From Candidatus Thorarchaeota archaeon (lineage in GTDB: Archaea; Asgardarchaeota; Heimdallarchaeia; Hodarchaeales; Hodarchaeaceae): a stretch of DNA of 15,895 bases. The stretch's first letter is position 1; each line of letters begins with the position of its first letter. The DNA lies in NCBI GenBank assembly GCA_048882505.1, contig JBHLRO010000039.1, forward strand, positions 1 to 15,895. The letters run 5' to 3'. The notes below the pieces were generated by a model. It worked only from the letters and a program-made list of their open reading frames with translations. It was not told the DNA's origin and did no database searches. Positions 7,120 to 15,813 of this stretch are shown here, one piece after another. The position numbers and the translations under genes are program-made.

Positions 7120-7364
7120 TTCGATTTAATAGACTTTTAATCCCGAATTTCTTTGTCCAGATTTTAAACCAGGTGGAATGATCTCGTCATGTATCGAAAG
7201 ATTTCAGGGAAATGTATGGATAAATGATTCTTCTCCCTTTTTTCAGAGAAAGCTCGCCCATTCTTCAAAAGAATATAAAATAAAACAACAGGCGATTGTC
7301 TGATTATATAACACATATTAATTGGGTATCATACCTGTCGTAGATTGAACGCGGGGTTATTAGG

Positions 7365-9308
7365 ATGTCTTTCCCCAAAACATTTCTGGTTCTTTGCCTA
7401 GTAGCTGGAGGATTCCTCTTTATAACATCCGTTTCAGGTGTGGGAGAATCCACTTCCTATCAAGTCCGACCATTTCTTAAATCATCCAAAATTCAGGCTT
7501 TTCGAACCAGATTAGCCTCGGGTTTTTTGGATCACAATCCGATTGCCATCGACTCGAATGAAAACTTTGCTACTACCGTAACCGCAAAAGGTTGGTCTGG
7601 AAATGGCTCCGTATCCAATCCCTTTATCATTGATGGATTAAACATAGAAAGTTTCCCCCCCCAAGGGATATCAATATCTATAAGCAACACTGATAAATAT
7701 TTTGAAATAATCAACTGTTTTCTAACCGGCCCCCATGGGATTGTTTTTTCCCATGTCAAAAATGGTGCAATCATAAATAATGTTTTGAAAAATACCCTCG
7801 GAGGAAACAATGAAAGAATGGGCATTATCCTAGCAGATAATTCAAGTTATAATACAATCGCTAATAACACTTTATTTAATATTGAGTTTCCAATTGCCGT
7901 GGACGGAAACAATAACCTCATAGAATACAATCAGCTGCATGATAACATCAACGGGATATCTATTCGAGGAAATAACAATCTGATCGCTAATAACACCATT
8001 CAAGATGCGGAGGGAGGACCTGGGATCCAGATTGGTGATGCTCTAAATAATACCATTTCCCAAAATATGCTGCTACAGAATTTCTACGGCATCGATCTAG
8101 TCAATACCAATAACTGCAAAATTATCCAAAACAGCATTGTAAGTAGCAAAATTGGGGTAGTCCTCGGTCTAAAATCAACAAATAACTTGGTTACAACGAA
8201 TATCTTTCAGAATAATCTGGACCTAACATCTCAAGCAGTCGATAACGGGATCAATAATATGTTTCATCAAAACTACTGGAGCGAATGGACAGTCCCGGAT
8301 GATAATGGGAATGGAATTGTTGATAATGTGTATTTGATAGAGGGTAGAGCAGGCAACACTGACCCGTTCCCTTTAGCGTCCGTAGATCAAATTGATGGTC
8401 TTCATTTTCTTACATTTCCAAGTTTGATACGACCTAAAAAGGGGGAACTTCTGGCTGAATATTCCCTTCTACAGTGGAATTCACCCAATGACTCTATGGG
8501 CCACTCCATTAGCTATTCTCTATATTTTTCCTCGGATAATGGGAACTCCTGGGTTCAATTAATCATTAATCACACCAGCACCTATTATACCTGGGATACA
8601 TCCTCCTTGACTGATGAATCCCAGGTTCTGATCAAGATTGTGGCCCTATGTTCTGATGGATGGATAACAGCCTATTTTTCAGAAACCTTCATTTTGGAAA
8701 GCGGGAATTTAAGTTCAAACCTCCAAATGATTACCCTCCTTGTCGTTCTCATCGCGATTGTTGGAATAGGAAGCTTTCTTGTTTACAATGCTAAAATTAA
8801 ATCTCCTCAAGGATTTAATGAAATCCTCCAGTCCGCTCCTATCAATGTTTTAAAAAATCTTTATCACAAAGTGGTCATTGGAGTGGATAATATTGCTTCA
8901 GGAATAATTCCTGAATTACAATCATTTCCTGTCTTGGAACCGCCTACTGAATCAGTTTCTTTAATAGAATATTTTCCCTCTGAAATTCGGCATGATCTGC
9001 TATCTAAATTAAAAGGAAGATCCGTCTTAACCTTAATTGAAATCGCTTATCACTATCCTGACAATGTTCACACACTTGAGTTATCAAAAATTTTGGATAT
9101 TTCGCCAACAACACTTTCTTACGAGATCAAAAGATTGCACTCACTTAATTATCTCAAATTTGAACCTTTTGCGCAAGGAGTTCACGATGCTCGTTTTCGA
9201 TTCTACTCTCTTACACCTAAGGGTGCTCATCTTCTCTATTTGTTAAAAGGGGTTCTAAATACGGCAATAATGCGAATGAGGGAATTTGAATCTGGTGGAA
9301 TGAGGTAG
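7365..9308 (+). CDS. Single-pass receptor-like protein: signal peptide, right-handed beta-helix (NosD/CASH-like) repeats, Fn3/Ig-like domain, TM helix, cytoplasmic winged helix-turn-helix
   Basis: Hydrophobic N-terminus (aa 6-25); GI.I..NNN.I.NN.I repeats ending in NYWS..D.NGNGIVD..DPFPL; WNSPND..SYSLYFSSDNGNSW..YTWDT; TM at aa ~455-474; LSKILDISPTTLSYEIKRL..NYL..FYSLTPKG wHTH at aa ~552-632. Confidence 0.85.
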   Translation: MSFPKTFLVLCLVAGGFLFITSVSGVGESTSYQVRPFLKSSKIQAFRTRLASGFLDHNPIAIDSNENFATTVTAKGWSGNGSVSNPFIIDGLNIESFPPQGISISISNTDKYFEIINCFLTGPHGIVFSHVKNGAIINNVLKNTLGGNNERMGIILADNSSYNTIANNTLFNIEFPIAVDGNNNLIEYNQLHDNINGISIRGNNNLIANNTIQDAEGGPGIQIGDALNNTISQNMLLQNFYGIDLVNTNNCKIIQNSIVSSKIGVVLGLKSTNNLVTTNIFQNNLDLTSQAVDNGINNMFHQNYWSEWTVPDDNGNGIVDNVYLIEGRAGNTDPFPLASVDQIDGLHFLTFPSLIRPKKGELLAEYSLLQWNSPNDSMGHSISYSLYFSSDNGNSWVQLIINHTSTYYTWDTSSLTDESQVLIKIVALCSDGWITAYFSETFILESGNLSSNLQMITLLVVLIAIVGIGSFLVYNAKIKSPQGFNEILQSAPINVLKNLYHKVVIGVDNIASGIIPELQSFPVLEPPTESVSLIEYFPSEIRHDLLSKLKGRSVLTLIEIAYHYPDNVHTLELSKILDISPTTLSYEIKRLHSLNYLKFEPFAQGVHDARFRFYSLTPKGAHLLYLLKGVLNTAIMRMREFESGGMR

Positions 9309-9504
9309 CTGTCCTCCCAATGGAGAAAAAAGAATCCTCCTGGTTGGTTTAATTGGATGCATACCTGATGAACCCCTCGAAATTTCATTGTATTTTGGGT
9401 AGCGACATAAAAAACGGGATCTAACTCCTTGTCCACTTATAAAAGGGGAACGAGGTTAAATTTTACATCAGAATATGGAGTTGCCTGACCTTAGGTTGTC
9501 CCAA

Positions 9505-9547
9505 TTTCCACGCGTTTCCACTTGTTTCCGGCATGATCAATGGAAAC
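9505..9547. repeat. Three TTTCC(A) direct repeats at exact 10-bp spacing plus one inverted copy; candidate regulator-binding array
   Basis: TTTCCA at 9505 and 9515, TTTCC at 9525, and TGGAAAC (reverse complement of GTTTCCA) at 9541-9547. Confidence 0.4.
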
Positions 9548-9584
9548 ATTCTAAAGCGTTGGCTTTGTTCTAAATATGATAACA

Positions 9585-9591
9585 AGGAGGT
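9585..9591 (+). promoter_or_regulatory. Strong ribosome-binding site AGGAGGT for the TTG start at 9601
   Basis: AGGAGGT followed by a 9-nt spacer and TTG. Confidence 0.7.
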
Positions 9592-9600
9592 GGAGCTACC

Positions 9601-10869
9601 TTGAAATCGGAAACTCCATTAGACTTCGAATATTCCTTTAGAAGCCAGTTTAATAATTTCGGTTATCTCAAAAAATTCAGTTCATTGGTTCTGTTGCCAT
9701 TCTTACCAATCTATACCGTCAGTAAGGGTTTCCAGATGAGATCCAGGAAAAAACACCCATCGGAACCCCCACCTAGCATATGGAAGTATGTAATTGTAAT
9801 ATGCTCAGTCTACTTCTTCACAGCTTATCCACTCATCTTTTCTGTCGCCTATGTCCTACTTCAAGTCTTTTTATTTCCGGTCACTCTTGTTGTAACATAT
9901 TTCTTGAATAGAAGAGACTTGGTTGTCGAAAAGATGGTTTCTATTCCCCGTAAAGAGAAAGATTTTCAGGTAATTGGATTTGGAAAAATAAGCTTGACCT
10001 TTTTAGGCCTCATCATTCTTGTTGCACTTGTTGGGAACTATTTCCTGCTCGCCACATTTACAGCGTTTGTGTTCATTTTATTTCCGAGGATTTATAGATA
10101 CCTTTATTTCGTTCCCAAAAGATTGTTGGCGCTATCATATCCATTTTTGGCATTTCTCAGCTACATTCCTGGAGTGAATTTAAGAGGTACTTGGTTTATT
10201 GAAGCTGACTCCGAGGTAAAAACCATGAAAAACGGTATGGATTTGGCCAAGTTTGTCATCAGCAATTGGAAACCTTTTTTCGTGCTAAATGTAGGTATTT
10301 CAGCTCTAATCGTTAGAATTATTCTTTTATTGAGAGGAGACCCCCCAGTCCAATCGATAATATCAATAGATGCCCTTTCAAGCTTTGGATTTCTGTTTAT
10401 GTTTCTTGCAGTCCCCATTATTATGGCAGTATATTTTGTATGGGTTTGGGTCTGGGAAGATGCGGAATTGAAGGTCGCCAAAACCAGTGTAAGCACCGCA
10501 GGATTAGATGATTCAGGTAATGAAATCATAGAAACCACGTTGCTCACATTTGCATCCGACTCAATTAGTAATGTCTTCACGCTGGCATTTGGAATCCCCT
10601 CAGTTGCCTGGTTAGTCGATAAAATGGTTTCAACAGATCAACTGGCGAGCGGAGGAATTGTTGGACTCGTAGTTATCATTCTTATTTTCTTCGTGTTAAC
10701 TGGAGCTAACACTATCTTTATGGGAATTATGTATTATCGCTCAGGTATTCACGCTGAGCTCGTAAACAAATTACGAAATGATATCAGGGAATCTTATACC
10801 TCTGAGGAAGAGAGTTCTGTAAAAATCTGCTATTCATCGGTCCAACCGATCAAATTAGAGGTTTTATAA
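9601..10869 (+). CDS. Polytopic membrane protein of unknown function
   Basis: 422-aa ORF with roughly 8-9 hydrophobic segments and a strong RBS; no family motif that I recognise. Confidence 0.75.
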   Translation: MKSETPLDFEYSFRSQFNNFGYLKKFSSLVLLPFLPIYTVSKGFQMRSRKKHPSEPPPSIWKYVIVICSVYFFTAYPLIFSVAYVLLQVFLFPVTLVVTYFLNRRDLVVEKMVSIPRKEKDFQVIGFGKISLTFLGLIILVALVGNYFLLATFTAFVFILFPRIYRYLYFVPKRLLALSYPFLAFLSYIPGVNLRGTWFIEADSEVKTMKNGMDLAKFVISNWKPFFVLNVGISALIVRIILLLRGDPPVQSIISIDALSSFGFLFMFLAVPIIMAVYFVWVWVWEDAELKVAKTSVSTAGLDDSGNEIIETTLLTFASDSISNVFTLAFGIPSVAWLVDKMVSTDQLASGGIVGLVVIILIFFVLTGANTIFMGIMYYRSGIHAELVNKLRNDIRESYTSEEESSVKICYSSVQPIKLEVL

Positions 10870-10978
10870 CCTGAATCCCACACTCTAGTGAATAATTGAG
10901 GGCTTTCTCGATAGATCCTACTTTCAAATTTCATATCATTCGTCATCGAGAAAAAATCTTAAACAAATTCCCTGAATC

Positions 10979-11827
10979 CTATCTGCTATATTCCTTGTTG
11001 AAAAATGCGGCCCAGCGTTCAATGGTCGCTTTCTTCCGTTCGCTCCGATCCCGAGAATAATATTCTGGAAAGCAAGGATCTTGCGCAATTTCTTCCCAAG
11101 TTAACCCTTCATCAAGTTTGTTACGTAAGAAATCAATACTTTGGACGAAGAACTCATTAATTTCTCTTAGATCTGTTAGGGTGGCAGGTGGCACATGTCC
11201 ACTAATAATGATCTCCGGATTGCGAGCGATTAACTCTTCAATCACCTGCTGCCAGCGGACAATATTACAGGTCTCGTCACCCCCGTAAGGAAACTGTCGT
11301 GCAAAAACAACATCACCCGAAAGCAATGTTTTCGATTCAGGTTGCCATAAATAGGCACTCCCCATGGTGTGTCCATCACCTTGTACCAGATCCAATCTTT
11401 TATCTCCATAGAGTATCATACTCTTCTCAAAACACACATTCGGATGGGTTAGGATGAGGTTCTTGACGCCATACCCTCCTGCCTCCCACTCTGCTCGATC
11501 ATCAGGTGATTCGTGAAGCCAGATTTCTTGTTCAAAGCGTAAGGTCTGCTGGCGGGTCTCCTGACTGGAAATGATGGGTACATCAGAAAAGACCTGGTTC
11601 CCAAAGGTATGATCAGCGTGGTGATGAGTTAAAATCAACCCTGACACTGGTTTATCGAAATAGTGCTCAACAACACTTCGCCATTCGGCGGCTAGCTCCC
11701 AGTTCAACATCGAATCTATCACAAAGACTTTTTTCCCGAGATCTATTGCTGCACTATTTCCATAGCCTACATCGGTCCAAATCAACTCATTGTTTACCGT
11801 TTTGTACTCTATCACTTCTTTCTCCAT
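10979..11827 (-). CDS. Metallo-beta-lactamase-fold hydrolase (cyclase-like subgroup)
   Basis: VFVIDS, THHHADHTFGN (HxHxDH), GHTMG, LSGD and IISGH metal-ligand motifs in the canonical order. Confidence 0.9.
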   Translation of the reverse strand: MEKEVIEYKTVNNELIWTDVGYGNSAAIDLGKKVFVIDSMLNWELAAEWRSVVEHYFDKPVSGLILTHHHADHTFGNQVFSDVPIISSQETRQQTLRFEQEIWLHESPDDRAEWEAGGYGVKNLILTHPNVCFEKSMILYGDKRLDLVQGDGHTMGSAYLWQPESKTLLSGDVVFARQFPYGGDETCNIVRWQQVIEELIARNPEIIISGHVPPATLTDLREINEFFVQSIDFLRNKLDEGLTWEEIAQDPCFPEYYSRDRSERKKATIERWAAFFNKEYSR

Positions 11828-11902
11828 CGCACATTTATCAACTCGCGAGCATTCTAAGAGGCTTTCAAGCTCTTTAGAGGTAATCTAGCAGGTAACAATG
11901 AT

Positions 11903-12700
11903 TCAATTCTCTCTTTTTGTGAAATTAAATTCGTTAATAACTCCTCCAAAAAAGTAATAATGCTCTGTTATCATATCTTCTTGTTTTATCCCTCTTTCAT
12001 CCATTTCAGACGTAATTTCCCTTTTTAAACGATAAAGATTCGCGAAAAAATCAGTGATGAGTTCAGCTATTCTTAAGGAATGCTTGGGTGATGAAATATT
12101 CAGAGCTATAGAGAGAAGTGAGTACCCTCCAAAGGGATAATCCTTTCGTTCGGGGATAAGATCATTTTTAATCGCATTTTCTACCTTTTCAAAGTTGCTT
12201 AGGATAAAATTCTCAATACAGTGATGATATGCTAAGGAGCGTCTTGTACTTTGAGCCATTTGGCCTAAATCTGGCTTTTTCTTTAAGGTATTAATCATCT
12301 CTTGGCTGATTTCTTCGACTGGAATTCCTGACCATTTTTTGAATATTGCAGGAATCTCGTTTTCAAATACCTCTAGACTGTCCGATGTTCTATAGTATTC
12401 TCTTGTGATCTCGGTTAATTGGAAGAACTTCCCTCTATTAGTGGATGTTATTTCCTGATCAATTTCAATTATTCTGGGGGTGAATTTCTGTATTTCAGTT
12501 AAATGATGAAATATCGTTGACTCTGTTCTTTGTAACAGCTTAGATAATGTTTTTATGTTTAATGATCCGTACATATGTAAAGCAGTTATTATTGCATATC
12601 TTGTATCCACTTTAAAAACTTCAGTTAATACTTTATTTAGTTCTTCGTTTCCTTTACTAGATCCATTATCGTTATTCCCGTTTTTACTCTCTTTTTGCAT
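11903..12700 (-). CDS. ArsR-like winged helix-turn-helix transcriptional regulator with a C-terminal extension
   Basis: TRYAIITALHMYGSLNIKTLSKLL..TESTIFHHLTEI...KFFQLT wHTH pattern; GGAGGT RBS upstream. Confidence 0.75.
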   Translation of the reverse strand: MQKESKNGNNDNGSSKGNEELNKVLTEVFKVDTRYAIITALHMYGSLNIKTLSKLLQRTESTIFHHLTEIQKFTPRIIEIDQEITSTNRGKFFQLTEITREYYRTSDSLEVFENEIPAIFKKWSGIPVEEISQEMINTLKKKPDLGQMAQSTRRSLAYHHCIENFILSNFEKVENAIKNDLIPERKDYPFGGYSLLSIALNISSPKHSLRIAELITDFFANLYRLKREITSEMDERGIKQEDMITEHYYFFGGVINEFNFTKREN

Positions 12701-12741
12701 GAGAAATTACCTCCAAGGAAAATTATATTAAACTTCGGTCG

Positions 12742-12783
12742 TGGAATAAATTCGATGATCGAATATATAATTAGGTTATTCCA
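12742..12783. promoter_or_regulatory. Divergent promoter region with nested inverted repeats; candidate operator
   Basis: ATTCGAT-G-ATCGAAT palindrome at 12750-12764 and outer TGGAATAA/TTATTCCA arms at 12742-12749 and 12776-12783. TATA-like TTATATTAAA (12723-12732) and TATATAA (12764-12770) are nearby. Confidence 0.5.
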
Positions 12784-13737
12784 ATGAATCTCAAAATTGT
12801 GAAAAATGATTATCAGTTTAGAAAATTAAAAAATAAAGAACTTGGAGATTTTATTGAATATGCTTTTGAATCTACTAGAGATAGGGCAGAGAAAGGCCTT
12901 GGAGTGAGTTTTAAATTTCTTAAAAGGATGTGTCAGTTAAATAGATTTCTTTTAGGAATCCCATGGAAATTAATCGCCCGAAACTCAGACCATATTGTAG
13001 TTATCAAAGAAGAAACAATTTGTGCTGGTTTTACAGTCATTCATGATAAAAAGAAAAATGAGTATGCACTTGGTAATCTCTTTACAAGACCAAAATTTCA
13101 GGGGCAAGGCATCGGGAATCTTGTCATGGAATATATTGTTGAGAGATATGGAAGAATGAAGTTAATTTTAGATGTTGAAACTAATAATGAAGCTGCGTTA
13201 CATCTGTATAGAAAATTTGGTTTTTCCGCAAAATCTTCAATTCAAGAATTCCTTTTTAACTCTCCCCTTAAAACTCGTTCCTTTCCCTCAGGATTTTACG
13301 CACGTAAGGCAAGAAAAGAAGATTTGAATAATCTTGACCGTTTAGAGGCCGAAATAGTCGATATGGGGGATATTATTAAGCGTTACAAAAAGTCATTTAA
13401 TAAAACGAAAGAAAGGAGATTTCGATTGCGGAATGAGATCCCCGCTGTATTATTAAATGAAAACGGAGGAATTTTGGGAATCGGTAGAGCAATGTGGACA
13501 AAATTTATCCCTAATTTCGTTCAGATCATCGCTACAGCTGTTTTACCAGAAGCAAAATTAGCATACCCGGGTTTTATTTCTTTTTTGACCGAGTTAGCTG
13601 CTGAAAAAAACATCTTTAGAGGAGCATGGGAGAGAACCGAAAAAACCGAAGTTTTTTTTGAAGAAATGAAACCTTATATTGGCAAACCTTTCAGTATTAG
13701 TTGGGTCATGGAGAGAGTACCCGTTTCGTCAAATTAA
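12784..13737 (+). CDS. GNAT-family N-acetyltransferase (N-terminal GNAT domain plus a probable degenerate second GNAT-like domain)
   Basis: Motif A LFTRPKFQGQGIGNLVM and motif B LDVETNNEAALHLYRKFGF; the second half begins YARKARKEDL, typical of a GNAT N-terminus. Confidence 0.85.
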   Translation: MNLKIVKNDYQFRKLKNKELGDFIEYAFESTRDRAEKGLGVSFKFLKRMCQLNRFLLGIPWKLIARNSDHIVVIKEETICAGFTVIHDKKKNEYALGNLFTRPKFQGQGIGNLVMEYIVERYGRMKLILDVETNNEAALHLYRKFGFSAKSSIQEFLFNSPLKTRSFPSGFYARKARKEDLNNLDRLEAEIVDMGDIIKRYKKSFNKTKERRFRLRNEIPAVLLNENGGILGIGRAMWTKFIPNFVQIIATAVLPEAKLAYPGFISFLTELAAEKNIFRGAWERTEKTEVFFEEMKPYIGKPFSISWVMERVPVSSN

Positions 13738-13783
13738 GTTTCCAAGCGTTTTGTTACATCAGTATAAGTCAAATCCTTTACGC

Positions 13784-13805
13784 AAAAAAGGTGGACAACT
13801 CCACC
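13784..13805 (-). terminator. Hairpin + T-tract (intrinsic-terminator-like) on the minus strand
   Basis: Minus strand reads GGTGGA-GTTG-TCCACC-TTTTTT: perfect 6-bp stem, 4-nt loop, 6 T. Confidence 0.45.
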
Positions 13806-14103
13806 AATTAACCAACTATTTCTTCCTTTTTTTAAAGGATATTGATAAGAATACGTTTAGCAGAAATATGTTATTCGAGTTCCTCAGATTATTACCTGGT
13901 TTTTCTTGAAAAAGGAGCAACAGGGAGATTCTACTTGTTTAACAAAGGAAACTGTCATCAGAATAAAGAAAAATCGAATATCAAATTTGGTGTGGGGCGA
14001 TTTCATGCCCATTATGCATCCTTTAATGAAGCTCTGGAAATTACTATATGATAATATGTCAGAAATCAAACTAACTAGTTTATTGACCTCTTGGTGAATA
14101 TTT

Positions 14104-15813
14104 ATGTCTCAAATAATGAAATATGGCTCCCTCCTTTCCCCATTGTTCAGATTAAAGAGTTATCTAGAGAGAACTATTTCTCAACCGCTAAAACGTCACT
14201 TTGCCCCAAAACCTTCTGACAGTACATATGAGCTGGGCAATTGGAATAATGAAGCAACTGTTCAAACGAAGTATGGAGTGGTTCTTGGATTTTCAGACAA
14301 AAATACTTGGTGTTGGAAAGGAATTCCCTATGGAACACCTCCAGTGGGAGATTTGAGATGGAAAGCACCACTTGATCCTATTCCTTGGCTTGGAACTCGT
14401 AAAACAACAAAATTCGGTAATTCCGCTGCGCAGGTTATGCTTATCATGGGTCCAACAGGTTCAGAAGACTGTCTTTACCTCAATATATGGCGTCCTATGA
14501 GCTCGGAGTCCGATCTCCCCGTGTACTTGTATATTCATGGGGGAGGTAATTCTATTGGGTCATCTAACACGGCCAGCTATTTTGGTAATACCTTAGCTGG
14601 ACATTCGAACCTGCTTTACGTTTCTGTCAACTATCGTCTCGGGGCAATGGGCTGGTTCAAACACCCTGCTGTGACTGGTTCTGGGTCTTCAGAAGACCAA
14701 AGCGGGAATTATGGAACTCTAGATCTCGTTAAATCCTTACAATGGGTAAGGGATAACATCAAGGCTTTTGGAGGTAATCCAAACAATGTTACTATTGCGG
14801 GTGAGTCTGGAGGCGCATTTAATGTGCTTTCACTTTTAGTTTCTCCCTCTGCAAAGGGACTCTTCCATCGGGCTGTCGTTGAGAGTGGTATAACGTCATT
14901 ATGTTCTCTTGATGAAGCAAAAGCTCAGGTTGAACGGCTTTTGGTTGCCTTGCTTATTAAAGATCGAAAAGCTGCCAATGAAAAAGAAGCTGTGCAGTAC
15001 ATCAGTAAAATGCAAGATAATGAGATTAATACATATCTCCGTTCGAAGTCAGCCTTTACGATTACAAAGAATATTCCTACTATTGCTTTTGGAATGGCAG
15101 AATGGCGTTCCATCATTGCTGATGGGACAGTTATACCTGCAGAGGGGTATAAGGTTTTCTCATCTGGGGAATGGCCAAACATGGTACCAGTAATGATTGG
15201 TTGCACAAAAGATGAAATGAACCTCTTTGGTCACTTCACTAAGGATCCCACTCTGAGCTCCAGGGTTTGGCATTATCATTCTATGTTATGGCGCGCAAAT
15301 GGTGTTGATCTACCAGCTAGCGAAATGACCTCGAACAGCATCGTGCCTGTTTATGTCTACAGGTTTGATTGGGGAAGCCCAGATGATCAAGGGGTCAGTG
15401 TTCTGCCCAAAAACAAAGGGCAAGAGCTAGGAGCTCACCATGGCGCTGAGATCCCCTTCTTCCTAGGTACAAGTGGATCGGATTTTGCCTTTTTGATAGG
15501 AAAGACTCACACAGAGGAAAACAGGATCGGTCGTGAAAAATTGAAAGCCTTGTGCATGAACTATCTGGCAAATTTTGCAAGAACTGGGAATCCTAATAAT
15601 AATGGGCTCCCACATTGGCCTGCTTGGAACAACACTGAAGGGAAAGACAAGGTTCTTATTCTTGATGCAGATTTCAACGACTTAAGGTTATCATACACCA
15701 GTGAAAAAACCACCGTTCAAGATGTACTGGCTCTTGTTAATTCTGAGTTCAATGAACCTGAACGAGGGCAGATATTGACGATGCTTGAAGATTTCATCCC
15801 CTTCAATGAATAG
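14104..15813 (+). CDS. Type-B carboxylesterase/lipase (para-nitrobenzyl-esterase-like alpha/beta hydrolase)
   Basis: KGIPYG.PPVG.LRW, SEDCLYLNIW, oxyanion HGGG, NYRLG, nucleophile GESGG, acid KDE, His in GAHHGAEIPF, and NFARTGNPN; GGTGA RBS 6 nt upstream. Confidence 0.93.
   Translation: MSQIMKYGSLLSPLFRLKSYLERTISQPLKRHFAPKPSDSTYELGNWNNEATVQTKYGVVLGFSDKNTWCWKGIPYGTPPVGDLRWKAPLDPIPWLGTRKTTKFGNSAAQVMLIMGPTGSEDCLYLNIWRPMSSESDLPVYLYIHGGGNSIGSSNTASYFGNTLAGHSNLLYVSVNYRLGAMGWFKHPAVTGSGSSEDQSGNYGTLDLVKSLQWVRDNIKAFGGNPNNVTIAGESGGAFNVLSLLVSPSAKGLFHRAVVESGITSLCSLDEAKAQVERLLVALLIKDRKAANEKEAVQYISKMQDNEINTYLRSKSAFTITKNIPTIAFGMAEWRSIIADGTVIPAEGYKVFSSGEWPNMVPVMIGCTKDEMNLFGHFTKDPTLSSRVWHYHSMLWRANGVDLPASEMTSNSIVPVYVYRFDWGSPDDQGVSVLPKNKGQELGAHHGAEIPFFLGTSGSDFAFLIGKTHTEENRIGREKLKALCMNYLANFARTGNPNNNGLPHWPAWNNTEGKDKVLILDADFNDLRLSYTSEKTTVQDVLALVNSEFNEPERGQILTMLEDFIPFNE

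Noticed and set aside
7365-8400. Calling the beta-helix protein nosD (nitrous oxide reductase maturation)
   Set aside because: No nosZ/F/Y/L nearby, and the TM + wHTH extension shows it only shares the repeat fold.
13842-14097. Three mutually overlapping 61-69 aa ORFs
   Set aside because: They cannot all be real, none has a recognisable motif, and I cannot choose among them; only the minus-strand one is noted as a possibility under the terminator finding.
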